A stretch of DNA of 64,000 bases from a virus (taxonomy: Duplodnaviria; Caudoviricetes), in the IMG/VR virus record IMGVR_UViG_3300001528_000621, positions 32,001-96,000 of that record; one strand, given 5' to 3'. The first letter of the stretch is position 1; every line of letters begins with the position of its first letter. The notes under the pieces were generated by a model, which made no database searches, was not told the origin of the DNA, and saw only the letters and a program-made list of their open reading frames with translations. Position numbers and translations under genes: made by a program. Below, piece by piece: positions 10,775-20,438 of this stretch.

Positions 10775-11264
10775 AATAGTACCAAACACGGTTGTAGATG
10801 GACCGGGGCTAAGAACCTCGGTCTATTTTGCCGGATGTAAACATCACTGTCCGGGATGTCATAACCCCGAATCGTGGAATATGAATGGAGGAGTGGAGAT
10901 GAACATAAACGAGGTTTACTCCGAAATTCTGAAGAACGCTGTCAATAGTATAGCGCCGAAGATAACATTGACAGGAGGAGATCCATTCTATCAAAGAGAA
11001 GGTCTAAAATCTTTACTTTATAGGTTTAGTGTAGACAGTACTCGTCTTTGGGATGTTTGGCTTTATACCGGATTTACATTTGAGGAACTAACTGAACAAT
11101 TCTCAGATATTCTAGAATTACCGGTCTTGACGGGAATAGTGTGTGATCCGTTTATTCTGGAAAAACGAGATACAGAAAATTACATCTACAGGGGATCTTC
11201 AAATCAGAGAATCTTTAGAAAAGATAGAACTTCAAACTATAAATGGATTCTTTGGGAAAACTAA
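10749..11264 (+). CDS. nrdG: Anaerobic RNR activating radical-SAM enzyme
   Basis: VDGPGLR..GCKHHCPGCHN (CxxxCxxC), TGGDP, YTG, RGSSNQR; adjacent to nrdD. Confidence 0.95.
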   Translation: MDQNLRILKIVPNTVVDGPGLRTSVYFAGCKHHCPGCHNPESWNMNGGVEMNINEVYSEILKNAVNSIAPKITLTGGDPFYQREGLKSLLYRFSVDSTRLWDVWLYTGFTFEELTEQFSDILELPVLTGIVCDPFILEKRDTENYIYRGSSNQRIFRKDRTSNYKWILWEN

Positions 11265-11329
11265 GGAATCTTTAGGGGAGACCTTGTTGAATATTCATCA
11301 TAAGTCCTTATTTATTTTAAACAGCAAAC

Positions 11330-11851
11330 ATGTTTTTACCTAAGTCTAAATACAAAATAAAGCAAGCTGCTTGGGGTCAGTTCTACTTGAGTGGATCTGC
11401 TCGAGGAGAGTACTATGTCGGACCCTACATTGAAGACTATAGAGGAAGAACGTTTGCTGGATCAGACATTTCAAAAGCACAGGACAGGGTTCTAATTTCA
11501 ACATCAGAGGAAGTAACACCGATTGAAGAGTATAGTTCAGACTACAGCCCTAAGGAAGACGCTTTTGTCTCTGGATCCTATATAAGATATTTCAGACAGA
11601 ATACAGTTACTACGGTTGTAGAGGAAATTACAGAAGAACAACTAAAGCAAAGCGGACCGTTCATCTATACTTCAGGATCTTGGATAGTTACAGGAAGTCT
11701 TGATGATATCCTAATTTACGGAATACCGTACAGGGGGGTAAGATGGAGGAATACTCAAACCTTAAATGCTTGGGATAAAGAAATTTCTGGAATTATTTCA
11801 GCTTTAAACCTAAAACCTGAAGATTTTGTTCAGGATTATCAGAGCTCTTAA
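11330..11851 (+). CDS. Hypothetical phage protein, possibly structural
   Basis: 173-aa ORF with codon usage like its neighbours and an upstream TATTTATT motif. Confidence 0.6.
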   Translation: MFLPKSKYKIKQAAWGQFYLSGSARGEYYVGPYIEDYRGRTFAGSDISKAQDRVLISTSEEVTPIEEYSSDYSPKEDAFVSGSYIRYFRQNTVTTVVEEITEEQLKQSGPFIYTSGSWIVTGSLDDILIYGIPYRGVRWRNTQTLNAWDKEISGIISALNLKPEDFVQDYQSS

Positions 11852-11879
11852 TTATATTCTAGTGTAAAAGCTAGAAAGA

Positions 11880-13244
11880 ATGTTCTATATTGTAGAATCT
11901 GAATCACAGTTAGGAAGATTAGCAGAACTCGGAAAAGAGGTAGATTGTTACGTGGAAGTAGTAACAACAAACGACTACTTTCATCCAGCTCTATCTTCGG
12001 TTGTAGCTGTTTACATTAGACCTCTCGAAATTAAAACAAATTCAGAGACAGGAGAAGATTACTATGCTTCGGGATATATTGTTCCTGTAGATCACAATGA
12101 AGGTCTTTGTGTAAGTTTGGATAGGGTACGAGAGCTTTTGCAGAGTTTTAGGAAAATTTATGTTCTCGACAGGAAAGCTACTCTCTATTTTGTAAATCAC
12201 AAAAATCTAGTAGATCTGAGTTTAATTTACTGTATGAATACCTACGAAAAGTTAGAGTGGTTTGTAAGAGAGAAAACATGTAACTGGTTCTATAACAGGT
12301 ACGGAGGAAGGAAAGACCTAAATCAAATCATACCTTTAACAAAAATCTACGAAAAGTGTGAAGCAACTTTTGACCAGGTTAAGAAGGTTTTAGAGCTACC
12401 TGAACCGGATGGGTTTGATTTCTATAATAGGTTTGTAACTAGTGTCTATTATCTTGTTGAGAGAGAAGGGATTCGAGTAGATACTCATGAATTTGTAGAA
12501 AGGTTTAAACCTACAAATCCAGATTTCTCTATTAGAGGAGAGACAGTCTATACAAGATATAATCTCTACAATACGACAGGAAGACCCACAAACTCATTTA
12601 ACGGAGTTAATTTTCTAGCTATACCGAAAGGTACAGAATTTCGTAGATGTTTTAAGCCGAAAAATAGTAAGTTTGTTCAAATGGACTTTGATGGATATCA
12701 TGTAAGGTTGGTATCAAATTTGATAGGATATAAAATTCCTACAGACATTAAAGCTCACATGTATCTAGCAAAACAGTATTTTTCTAAAGAAGAGATATCT
12801 CCAGAAGAATATAAGAAAGCTAAACAGACAAACTTTCAGTCTATTTACGGAGCAATACCAGATGAGTATAAACATCTAGACTTCTTTGTAAAGCTTAAAG
12901 CATTTATGGATGAGTTGTGGGAAAGATTTTGTAAGGAAGGGAAGGTTTATGTTGCTCCGCCAGATATCAAAGCATTTACTACAAAGCTGCCTGAAATGAG
13001 AGAAACTAAGCTTATGAACTATCTAATTCAGGCAACAGAGACAGTGAGGAATACGGGACTTTTGTATAAATTAGCGAGATTGCTTCAATCTTATAAAACT
13101 AGAGTTCTTCTTGTAACGTACGATAGTGTTCTTATAGACTGGGACGAGAAGGAAGGTACAGAAATTCTTTCTAAAATTCAGAAAATTCTCGAGGAAGGAA
13201 AATTTCCAGTTTCGGTTGATTATTCGATGGATCTTAATTTTTAG
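11880..13244 (+). CDS. Short, divergent family A DNA polymerase-like protein
   Basis: TTGRPT, motif A-like QMDFDGYHVRL, motif B-like KKAKQTNFQSIYG, NYLIQA, motif C-like LVTYDSVLID; only 454 aa. Confidence 0.75.
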   Translation: MFYIVESESQLGRLAELGKEVDCYVEVVTTNDYFHPALSSVVAVYIRPLEIKTNSETGEDYYASGYIVPVDHNEGLCVSLDRVRELLQSFRKIYVLDRKATLYFVNHKNLVDLSLIYCMNTYEKLEWFVREKTCNWFYNRYGGRKDLNQIIPLTKIYEKCEATFDQVKKVLELPEPDGFDFYNRFVTSVYYLVEREGIRVDTHEFVERFKPTNPDFSIRGETVYTRYNLYNTTGRPTNSFNGVNFLAIPKGTEFRRCFKPKNSKFVQMDFDGYHVRLVSNLIGYKIPTDIKAHMYLAKQYFSKEEISPEEYKKAKQTNFQSIYGAIPDEYKHLDFFVKLKAFMDELWERFCKEGKVYVAPPDIKAFTTKLPEMRETKLMNYLIQATETVRNTGLLYKLARLLQSYKTRVLLVTYDSVLIDWDEKEGTEILSKIQKILEEGKFPVSVDYSMDLNF

Positions 13245-13315
13245 TAAAAAAAATCTTTTATAATTCAAAATTCATTTTATCTTTAGTATTATTAAGTTAA
13301 CAAAACACAATTACC

Positions 13316-14188
13316 ATGAATTTAGCATTGATTAAGCAGAAATTGCAGGAAGTAAATGAACAGACATCAGAGAGACAAGACAATTCAGCGTCAAAGTGGA
13401 CATGTCCGAACGGTAAGAGTCAGATCAGAATCGTACCGTCTGTAGACAATCCAGACAATCCTTTTACGGAGCTTATGTTCTATAACAGGCTCGGTAAATA
13501 CCCTGTCCTTGCACTTACAAATTTCGGAGAACAGGATCCTGTAGAAGATTTCATTCAGGTTCTTAGGGGCACTGACGATAAGGATAATTGGTCTCTTTCA
13601 GGTAAAATTTCTGCAAGACCAAGATATTTCATTCCTGTTATCGTTCGTGGTGAAGAGGATAAGGGTGTCCGAATTTGGAGTATTTCTTCTACAGTCTATA
13701 AAGCTCTTTTGAGTCTGGCTGCTGATGATGAAATCGGGGATTTCACCGACATTCAGACAGGTACAGACATGGTCGTAGAGAAAACACCTCCTACAACTCC
13801 AGGTGGATATGCAGATATCTCCATTAGAGCAAAGAGAAACAGTTCACCGCTTTCTGAAAATAAGGACGAGATTAAGAAATGGCTTACAGAGCAGCCTAAG
13901 GTTCTGGATCTCTTTAGAAAACCTAGTTACGACTGGCTTAAAAAGCAGCTCAAAGCTTATCTCGAAGGTAAGCCAGCTGTGGACGAAGCAGTAGCAGCTG
14001 TTGAAAACGCTAAATCTGCAGCAGCTCCTGAAGAGAAGAAAGTCGAGGAGAAGAAAGTAGAAGAGAAGTCAGCTCCAAAAGCAGCAGTCAAAAAGAGTGT
14101 AACTACGAAGTTCGACGATCTTTTCAGTGACGACGAAGATAACAGTAAGTCAAAAGATAAGTTGCCTTGGGAAGAGGATGAACAGTAA
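13316..14188 (+). CDS. Single-stranded DNA-binding protein (gp32-like)
   Basis: IRIVP..NPF, PRYFIPVIVRGEEDKGVRIW, GDFTDIQTG, acidic C-terminal tail (FDDLFSDDED..LPWEEDEQ); upstream of the recombinase. Confidence 0.75.
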   Translation: MNLALIKQKLQEVNEQTSERQDNSASKWTCPNGKSQIRIVPSVDNPDNPFTELMFYNRLGKYPVLALTNFGEQDPVEDFIQVLRGTDDKDNWSLSGKISARPRYFIPVIVRGEEDKGVRIWSISSTVYKALLSLAADDEIGDFTDIQTGTDMVVEKTPPTTPGGYADISIRAKRNSSPLSENKDEIKKWLTEQPKVLDLFRKPSYDWLKKQLKAYLEGKPAVDEAVAAVENAKSAAAPEEKKVEEKKVEEKSAPKAAVKKSVTTKFDDLFSDDEDNSKSKDKLPWEEDEQ

Positions 14189-14199
14189 TTGGATAGTGT

Positions 14200-15276
14200 A
14201 TGCCAGCAGCTAAAAAAGAGATCATACAGAGAGCTACAGCTGAACAGCAACAGAAGTTCAGCTTAGCTTCTTTTAAGAAGAAAAAAGGCTTTGATTCAAA
14301 TTCAATTAAATTTAAGCCGCAGTCCTGGATACCACTTTCAAAGGCTTGGCAGGATGTTACTTCACTGCCGGGAATACCTCAAGGACACATTACTCTCCTT
14401 AGGGGACATTCGGACACAGGAAAGAGCTCAACCCTGTTAGAGTGTGCAGCTTCTTGCCAAAGACTGGGTATTTTACCGGTTTTTATTATAACGGAGATGA
14501 AATGGTCTTGGGACTTCGCTAAAAAGATGGGAGTTCAGGTAAAGGAGGTTATTGATAAGGAGTCCGGTGAGGTTGTAGATTATGATGGATTTTTCTTGTA
14601 CGTAGATAGGGGGTCTCTCAATACAATTGAAGATGTAGCTAACTACATAGGAGATCTTCTTGACGAACAAGCTAAAGGAAAGTTGCCTTATGATCTTTGC
14701 TTTTTGTGGGACTCTGTAGGATCTGTACCTTGTGAACAATCCGTAAACTCAAACAAGAACAACAATCAATGGAATGCAGGGGCAATGTCAACACAGTTTA
14801 GTGGTTGGATCAATCAGAAAATACCTCTCTCTCGAAAGGAATCTTCGCCCTACACCAATACCCTGGTGTGTATCAATAAGATATGGGTATCGCCTCCAGA
14901 GTCGTTTTTAGGTCAGCCAAAAATGAATAATAAGGGTGGAGAATCCATGTACTACGATTCGAGTGTTTGCTTCACATATGGAAACATCTCCAATGCAGGT
15001 ACCTCTAAGATAAAAGCCGCTGCAGGAGGAAAAGCGTTTGAATTTGCAAAGAGAACAAAAATCTCTTGCGATAAAAACCACATAACGGGCGTTCAATCGG
15101 TCGACTATATTGTTATGACACCTACCGGATTTATTCATAACGACAAGAAAGAGATCGATGAGTATGCAAATAAGCATAAAGAGGAATGGAAAAACATTAT
15201 TGGTACGGACAGCTTTAGTGTAGATATTGAACCGGTAATGGAAGAAACTCCGAACAATATTATAGATGATGATTAG
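14200..15276 (+). CDS. uvsX: RecA/UvsX-like recombinase
   Basis: Walker A variant GHSDTGKS, Walker B FLWDSVGS, INK, KGGESMYY. Confidence 0.85.
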   Translation: MPAAKKEIIQRATAEQQQKFSLASFKKKKGFDSNSIKFKPQSWIPLSKAWQDVTSLPGIPQGHITLLRGHSDTGKSSTLLECAASCQRLGILPVFIITEMKWSWDFAKKMGVQVKEVIDKESGEVVDYDGFFLYVDRGSLNTIEDVANYIGDLLDEQAKGKLPYDLCFLWDSVGSVPCEQSVNSNKNNNQWNAGAMSTQFSGWINQKIPLSRKESSPYTNTLVCINKIWVSPPESFLGQPKMNNKGGESMYYDSSVCFTYGNISNAGTSKIKAAAGGKAFEFAKRTKISCDKNHITGVQSVDYIVMTPTGFIHNDKKEIDEYANKHKEEWKNIIGTDSFSVDIEPVMEETPNNIIDDD

Positions 15277-15278
15277 TG

Positions 15279-15308
15279 TAGGGAGGGACATTTAAGTCCC
15301 TTTCCCTA
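15279..15308 (+). terminator. Hairpin / probable terminator
   Basis: TAGGGAGGGAC-ATTTAA-GTCCCTTTCCCTA inverted repeat after the recombinase gene. Confidence 0.5.
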
Positions 15309-15344
15309 TGTCTAGTTCTCTCAGAAAAACTAATTATCTTTACT

Positions 15345-16379
15345 ATGATGGATAGAAGTGAATTACTTAGTTTAGCAGATAATCTGCATAAAAAACCTGA
15401 AAGGGGTCTTAACGACCACATCTTAATTCTAGACGGACTAAACACCTTAATTCGTTCATTTTCAGTAGTAAGGACACTAAATGGTGATGGTCAGCACATT
15501 GGGGGTTTACAGGGTTTCTTGAAATCTCTAGGATCTATGACTAGAATGTTCAACCCGACCAGGGTTGTCATAGTTTGGGATGGAATTGGAGGAGCTCAGA
15601 ATCGAAAAAATTTAGATGAACACTACAAAGCTAATAGAGTTCATGCATCGGTAATTCACTACGATCTTTACGAAGATAAAAAAGCTGAGTTGAAATCTAT
15701 GCAAGACCAGGCTGACCGTCTTTTAGATTACTTGGCATGCCTACCTGTAACTTATATCCAAATAGACAAGCTTGAAGCAGATGACGTAATTGCTTATCTT
15801 TCAAAACTATATTCAAAAGCAGGAAGAAAGGTAACTATAGTTTCGTCGGATAAGGATTTCATGCAACTGGTAGATCAAAATATTGAAATCTATTCACCTA
15901 TCAGAAAGGTCTTATTTGATCACGAAAAAGCTCAAGAGTTTTTAACGGTTTTGCCGGAAAACTACAACATTGTAAAAGCTTTATTGGGAGATGCTTCTGA
16001 TGGCCTTATGGGCGTTAAGGGCGTCGGCATTAGAGGTTTGGTACAGAAATTTCCAGAACTAAACTCAGATCCGGATCTAACTCTAGATAGGTTTTTTGAA
16101 ATTTGTGCTCAGAGACAAGAAGCTACAAAGAAAGCAATCTTTACTAAGATTTTAGCAGATTGGTACAGAGTAGAAAAAAACTACAAACTTATGGATTTGA
16201 GTGTTACGGTTCTTGACGATAAAGAAAAAGAGCTTGTGAGTAAGATCATGAGTAATTCAACTCTAGCACTTAAAATTGGACCGTTCTTACATTATCTCTC
16301 TCAGGATAAGTTTGACCTCGTAAAAGATACAGAGGGGTGGCTCTGTGAATTTTCTTCATTGGTACACGAAAAAAGTTAA
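15345..16379 (+). CDS. 5'-3' exonuclease / flap endonuclease (T4 RNase H-like)
   Basis: LILDGLN, VIVWDG, YKANR, EADDVIA, IVSSDKDFMQL, GDASDGLMGVKGVG. Confidence 0.9.
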   Translation: MMDRSELLSLADNLHKKPERGLNDHILILDGLNTLIRSFSVVRTLNGDGQHIGGLQGFLKSLGSMTRMFNPTRVVIVWDGIGGAQNRKNLDEHYKANRVHASVIHYDLYEDKKAELKSMQDQADRLLDYLACLPVTYIQIDKLEADDVIAYLSKLYSKAGRKVTIVSSDKDFMQLVDQNIEIYSPIRKVLFDHEKAQEFLTVLPENYNIVKALLGDASDGLMGVKGVGIRGLVQKFPELNSDPDLTLDRFFEICAQRQEATKKAIFTKILADWYRVEKNYKLMDLSVTVLDDKEKELVSKIMSNSTLALKIGPFLHYLSQDKFDLVKDTEGWLCEFSSLVHEKS

Positions 16380-16461
16380 AGATTTCTTCTTTCTTTTCAG
16401 AGAATATAGTTATATTCATATTGTTATTTAAAAAGAATAAAAGATAGGGGAAAGATAGAAT

Positions 16462-17805
16462 ATGACTTTAAATTCGTTACAGGAGTACGGGAAGCCTTTC
16501 CAAATTAAAGTAATAGGAGCTCTTTTGTCAGATAAAAAGTTTCTGCAAGAGGTTTCTGACGTAGTAAAAGAGTCATACTTTTCTGCAAATTCACATCAGT
16601 GGATTGTTCATGAAATTCTGAAATATTTCAACGAATTTCATACAACACCTACAATGGAAGTGTTGCAGGTAGAGTACAAGAAAATTGATAACGATGTCTT
16701 AAAAGTTGCAGTAAAGGAAGAGCTTCGTAGATCTTATGAATCTTCTCAGGACGATCTAGATTACGTAAAGCAGGAGTTTGCAGCATTTTGTCGAAACCAG
16801 GAGATGAAAGCTGCTATTCTAGAATCAGCAGATCTTTTGAAAGCTGGAAATTATGACGGCATTAGATTTAGGATTGAATGTGCACTTAAAGCAGGTCTTG
16901 AGAAAGACATGGGGTGTGATTATAAGAAAGATGTAGAAGCTCGATATAGGGATGATTATAGGCCTACAATACCTACACCTTGGCCTCCAATTAGTGAACT
17001 ATTCTCAGGAGGATTAGGGCCTGGAGATCTATTCTTGATTCACGGAGGTCCTGGAACTGGAAAATCTTGGCTCTGTATAGCTGTTGCAGCAGAAGCAGTA
17101 AAACTCGGATATAACGTAAATTACTATACTCTAGAACTTTCTGAAGATTATGTAGCTCGTAGAGTAGACAGTTATTTAACAGGATACTCAGTTGAAGAGC
17201 TTAAGAGTCACAGACCAGAGGTAGATGCTTTGATGGAAAGTTTGCCTGGAAATCTTACAATTAAGGAATATCCTCCAAAAACAGCTACAATTAACCAGAT
17301 CGAGTCTCATATGCAGACTTGTAAGGATGAAGGAAAGGCTCCAAACCTGGTTATCATTGACTACATTGACTATGTTAGAGCTCCAAGAGGTTCAAGGTAT
17401 GCTGAAAAGAAAGATGAGATTGATGATGTCTATGTAGCAGCAAAAGCTTTAGCTAAGACTTGGGGAATACCGGTTGTATCTCCTTCTCAGATAAATCGAA
17501 TGGGAGCTAGAGAAGATGTTGCTGAAGGTGACAGAGCAGCAGGTTCTTACGATAAGATAATGGTAATGGACTGTGGTATTTCACTTTCGAGAAAGAAAGA
17601 AGATAAGGTAACAGGTACAGCTCGAATTCATGTAATTAAGAACAGGTACGGGGCTGATGGAATGACCTACAATGTTAACTTTGATTCAAACAACGGACAT
17701 GTTGAGTTTGAAGGTCTTATGGATTCAGGATCGGTAGCAAAAGCGCCGTCTTTTAGTATGAATAAGGAAGCAATAGCAAAGTTTTTTGAAGATGAAAGTA
17801 ATTAA
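16462..17805 (+). CDS. DnaB-like replicative helicase
   Basis: Walker A GGPGTGKS, YTLELS, VIIDY, SQINR, IKNRYG. Confidence 0.92.
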   Translation: MTLNSLQEYGKPFQIKVIGALLSDKKFLQEVSDVVKESYFSANSHQWIVHEILKYFNEFHTTPTMEVLQVEYKKIDNDVLKVAVKEELRRSYESSQDDLDYVKQEFAAFCRNQEMKAAILESADLLKAGNYDGIRFRIECALKAGLEKDMGCDYKKDVEARYRDDYRPTIPTPWPPISELFSGGLGPGDLFLIHGGPGTGKSWLCIAVAAEAVKLGYNVNYYTLELSEDYVARRVDSYLTGYSVEELKSHRPEVDALMESLPGNLTIKEYPPKTATINQIESHMQTCKDEGKAPNLVIIDYIDYVRAPRGSRYAEKKDEIDDVYVAAKALAKTWGIPVVSPSQINRMGAREDVAEGDRAAGSYDKIMVMDCGISLSRKKEDKVTGTARIHVIKNRYGADGMTYNVNFDSNNGHVEFEGLMDSGSVAKAPSFSMNKEAIAKFFEDESN

Positions 17806-18205
17806 CTTAAGGTTTAGGGTGCCGGGACTGTTTCTGGTTAAGAACAGACCAAACAATGCACCTTCAGTAAACTTAATACTTCAAGGTAGGTTAGTAGGAG
17901 AATCTGAATGGAAAGAAGCAGGTGAAATAGAGGGATTTAAGTTTTTAGGAGAGAATTATCCTGGACCTATAGGTGTCCTTTCTGAACCTCTTGACATTAT
18001 TACAGATCCGACATTTCCTAGACACGACGAGGGAGATGGAACTAAAGATTTCAAAATTCTTGTGGACAACTCTAAGGCTTGGGAATATAGGGTAATAGCT
18101 ACGCCATGTGTAGATTGTGTAAGGTTGTGGCAGAGTTACGGAAAATCAGAGGACGTTATAGGCGCTGTTACTGTTATTGTTGCAAAAGGAACTATAGAAA
18201 GTTAG
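17786..18205 (+). CDS. Hypothetical protein
   Basis: ORF overlapping the helicase stop codon; operon-like packing. Confidence 0.5.
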   Translation: MKMKVINLRFRVPGLFLVKNRPNNAPSVNLILQGRLVGESEWKEAGEIEGFKFLGENYPGPIGVLSEPLDIITDPTFPRHDEGDGTKDFKILVDNSKAWEYRVIATPCVDCVRLWQSYGKSEDVIGAVTVIVAKGTIES

Positions 18206-18210
18206 GTATA

Positions 18211-18549
18211 ATGATGGAAAAATTGAACAAAGAGGAAATTCTTTCGCTTTTAGGAAAGACTTTTAATGACACACTGATTCTTGACGAGTCTTTTGGACCG
18301 CATTTCATTCTTAAGTATCTAGAAGGAGGGTACGGGGTTATGAAGGTTCGAAAAGACGCAAACGGAAAAACGAGATGGAAGGTTTTAGGTTACCCTTCAA
18401 GCACATCAGGCTGCTTAGATATGATAGCAAAGAGCCTGCTAAATGAAGGAGGAAAGACTTACAAAACTCTCCAGGAATATAAGACAGAATGGGATAATAT
18501 TTCTCGTAGAATTTTGAATTCATATAAAGATTGGACAATTGAAAAATAG
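18211..18549 (+). CDS. Hypothetical protein (start probably ATG 18211 or 18214)
   Basis: MMEKLNKEE... follows the 18205 stop; the longer start overlaps the previous ORF. Confidence 0.55.
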   Translation: MMEKLNKEEILSLLGKTFNDTLILDESFGPHFILKYLEGGYGVMKVRKDANGKTRWKVLGYPSSTSGCLDMIAKSLLNEGGKTYKTLQEYKTEWDNISRRILNSYKDWTIEK

Positions 18550-18558
18550 GTAGAAAAT

Positions 18559-18891
18559 ATGGTTACGTTAAGAGCAATTTTAGAGGTTGATGCAGTAAAG
18601 CAGCTTGATCCTGAGAAGGTAGAGATTTGGGTTAACCGAGAACCTGTCTGGGACTATAAGGATTTGGATGGAAAGCTAATGTTTATTCACGAAAAAAGTA
18701 AAGGATCAGAAAAATATTCGAAAGTAATGCTTAAAGAGCTATTAGAGTATCAAGATCTTCCAATATATTCTGAAACATTGGGTAAGGATACGGAGAACGT
18801 AGCTTTACTTGCTGTCGGAAAGACAAGTGTAAGAAATGTACTTAACTTTACAGAAGAAAAGACTAATGTTACAGATTCGAAAGCCGTTTAG
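18559..18891 (+). CDS. Hypothetical protein
   Basis: ORF in a tightly packed operon. Confidence 0.55.
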   Translation: MVTLRAILEVDAVKQLDPEKVEIWVNREPVWDYKDLDGKLMFIHEKSKGSEKYSKVMLKELLEYQDLPIYSETLGKDTENVALLAVGKTSVRNVLNFTEEKTNVTDSKAV

Positions 18892-19066
18892 TTTAAACCG
18901 AGTTTTAGCAGAGTCTAAGAGAGAGAACCCTTGCGTAGAACTTCCTGCAAACATGAATACTGTGGAAGCAGAGTGGGAAATGTGGGTTAGTAGACTTCAT
19001 GGAAATTATCAGAGAGCTTCTGTAGCTGATATGAGTATGATTATGGAAATTGTAAATAGACTGTAA
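18836..19066 (+). CDS. Hypothetical protein (start uncertain)
   Basis: Short ORF filling the gap in the operon. Confidence 0.4.
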   Translation: MYLTLQKKRLMLQIRKPFSLNRVLAESKRENPCVELPANMNTVEAEWEMWVSRLHGNYQRASVADMSMIMEIVNRL

Positions 19067-19067
19067 T

Positions 19068-19586
19068 ATGACTAAAGGAGAGTGGACAATACCGTTTTTG
19101 GAAGACATTCATGAATTTAACACGACGTTTCATAAGCCGGAAAGCAATACGCCGTTGATTCCGGAAAACTATCAATTCATTTTAGATACAGTTCAGGAAG
19201 AGAAGGATGAGCTTGAAGTAGCTTTTAAAAATAAGGACATTGTAGAGGTAGCTGATGCCTTGATGGATCTTCTATACTTTGTAGGTAACGGTATTCTTGC
19301 TACAGGTCTTGCAGATAGAGTTAAGGAGCTTTGGGCAGAGGTACAAGCATCTAATATGTCTAAAGTCTGTAGGTCTGAAGAGGAAGCTAGACTATCTGTA
19401 GAGTACATGCAGAAGATCAAGGGAGTTCCATATTATTACAAAGAATGGAAAGATAAGGGTGGAAAGCCATATTGGATTGTATATCGAGTATCTGATGACA
19501 AAGCAGGAAAGTGTTACAGATGGTTTAATCCTAAACTCAAAGAAATGTTTACAGAAAAGGAGATAGAAGATGCCAAATTTGAGTAA
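19068..19586 (+). CDS. All-alpha NTP pyrophosphohydrolase (MazG/PRA-PH-like)
   Basis: QEEKDEL...EVADALMDLLY...EVQASNMSK acidic motif set. Confidence 0.85.
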   Translation: MTKGEWTIPFLEDIHEFNTTFHKPESNTPLIPENYQFILDTVQEEKDELEVAFKNKDIVEVADALMDLLYFVGNGILATGLADRVKELWAEVQASNMSKVCRSEEEARLSVEYMQKIKGVPYYYKEWKDKGGKPYWIVYRVSDDKAGKCYRWFNPKLKEMFTEKEIEDAKFE

Positions 19587-19794
19587 CTACCCTTTCAAAT
19601 CAGCAAAAACCGTAGACGGAAAGACCTACATTTCTCTAGAAGAGGTTAATGAAATGTTAGACAACCTTCAGAATATGGGACCTATCTTTAAGCAGATAGC
19701 TGATGCTACAAGTCAAATGAAGAAGGTTTTTAGTGACACAAAGAACAAAGCAGATAATCTTCTAGTTGAACTTCAAAAAGAAACTAAGGGATAA
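19570..19794 (+). CDS. Hypothetical protein
   Basis: Short overlapping ORF. Confidence 0.5.
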   Translation: MPNLSNYPFKSAKTVDGKTYISLEEVNEMLDNLQNMGPIFKQIADATSQMKKVFSDTKNKADNLLVELQKETKG

Positions 19795-19923
19795 GCTAGG
19801 ATTCCTTTAGGGAGATTGAAGTAAAAAACAAAGCAAATATCTTTTATAATTCTTGGAAGTTTTCATTGGATTTCCAAGAATTTTCTATATCTTTATCTTA
19901 TAGAAAAAGACAAAGAAAACATC

Positions 19924-20415
19924 ATGGGAAAGAGACTAACACCGGAAGAGCGAGAAGCTCGAATCCGAGAATACGAAAAAGCTAAAGCTGATAGAAAAGC
20001 AGCTAAGTTAGAAAAACGTAAAGCTCGAATAGAAGCTTACGAAAAAGCTAAAGCTGAACGTCAAAAGAAAAAAGCTTGGGAAAAGAGAGGGGTAAGACCA
20101 GCAGCGGCACCTGATTCCACTAGAGCAGGACAAGTTAAAAATTTTCCAACTTATCGAGGAAATATAGAGCTTGGAGATGAGGTAGGATTCAGGTGGATCG
20201 GACTAGCTTTAGCTGGAAAAGTCATGGAAATCAGAAAAGAGAGAAATTACAGAGTTAGGGATGACGGAAATGGAGAGATGGAGGAGAAAGGCTATGAAAC
20301 CTTCTATACAATTAAAGAAAATTCAGAAAAGACAGTTTATCCTGTCAGAAGAATTAATATATTAGCTAAGAAGGTTAATGGAGTTTGGATTGACGAATTT
20401 TCAAAGAAAAAATAA
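19924..20415 (+). CDS. Hypothetical protein with basic N-terminal coil and SH3/KOW-like C-terminus
   Basis: Repeated ARIxxYEKAKA segment, then IELGDEVGF..GKV; preceded by a TATCTTTA motif. Confidence 0.6.
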   Translation: MGKRLTPEEREARIREYEKAKADRKAAKLEKRKARIEAYEKAKAERQKKKAWEKRGVRPAAAPDSTRAGQVKNFPTYRGNIELGDEVGFRWIGLALAGKVMEIRKERNYRVRDDGNGEMEEKGYETFYTIKENSEKTVYPVRRINILAKKVNGVWIDEFSKKK

Positions 20416-20438
20416 CTGCAAAATTAAATTATAGATAT

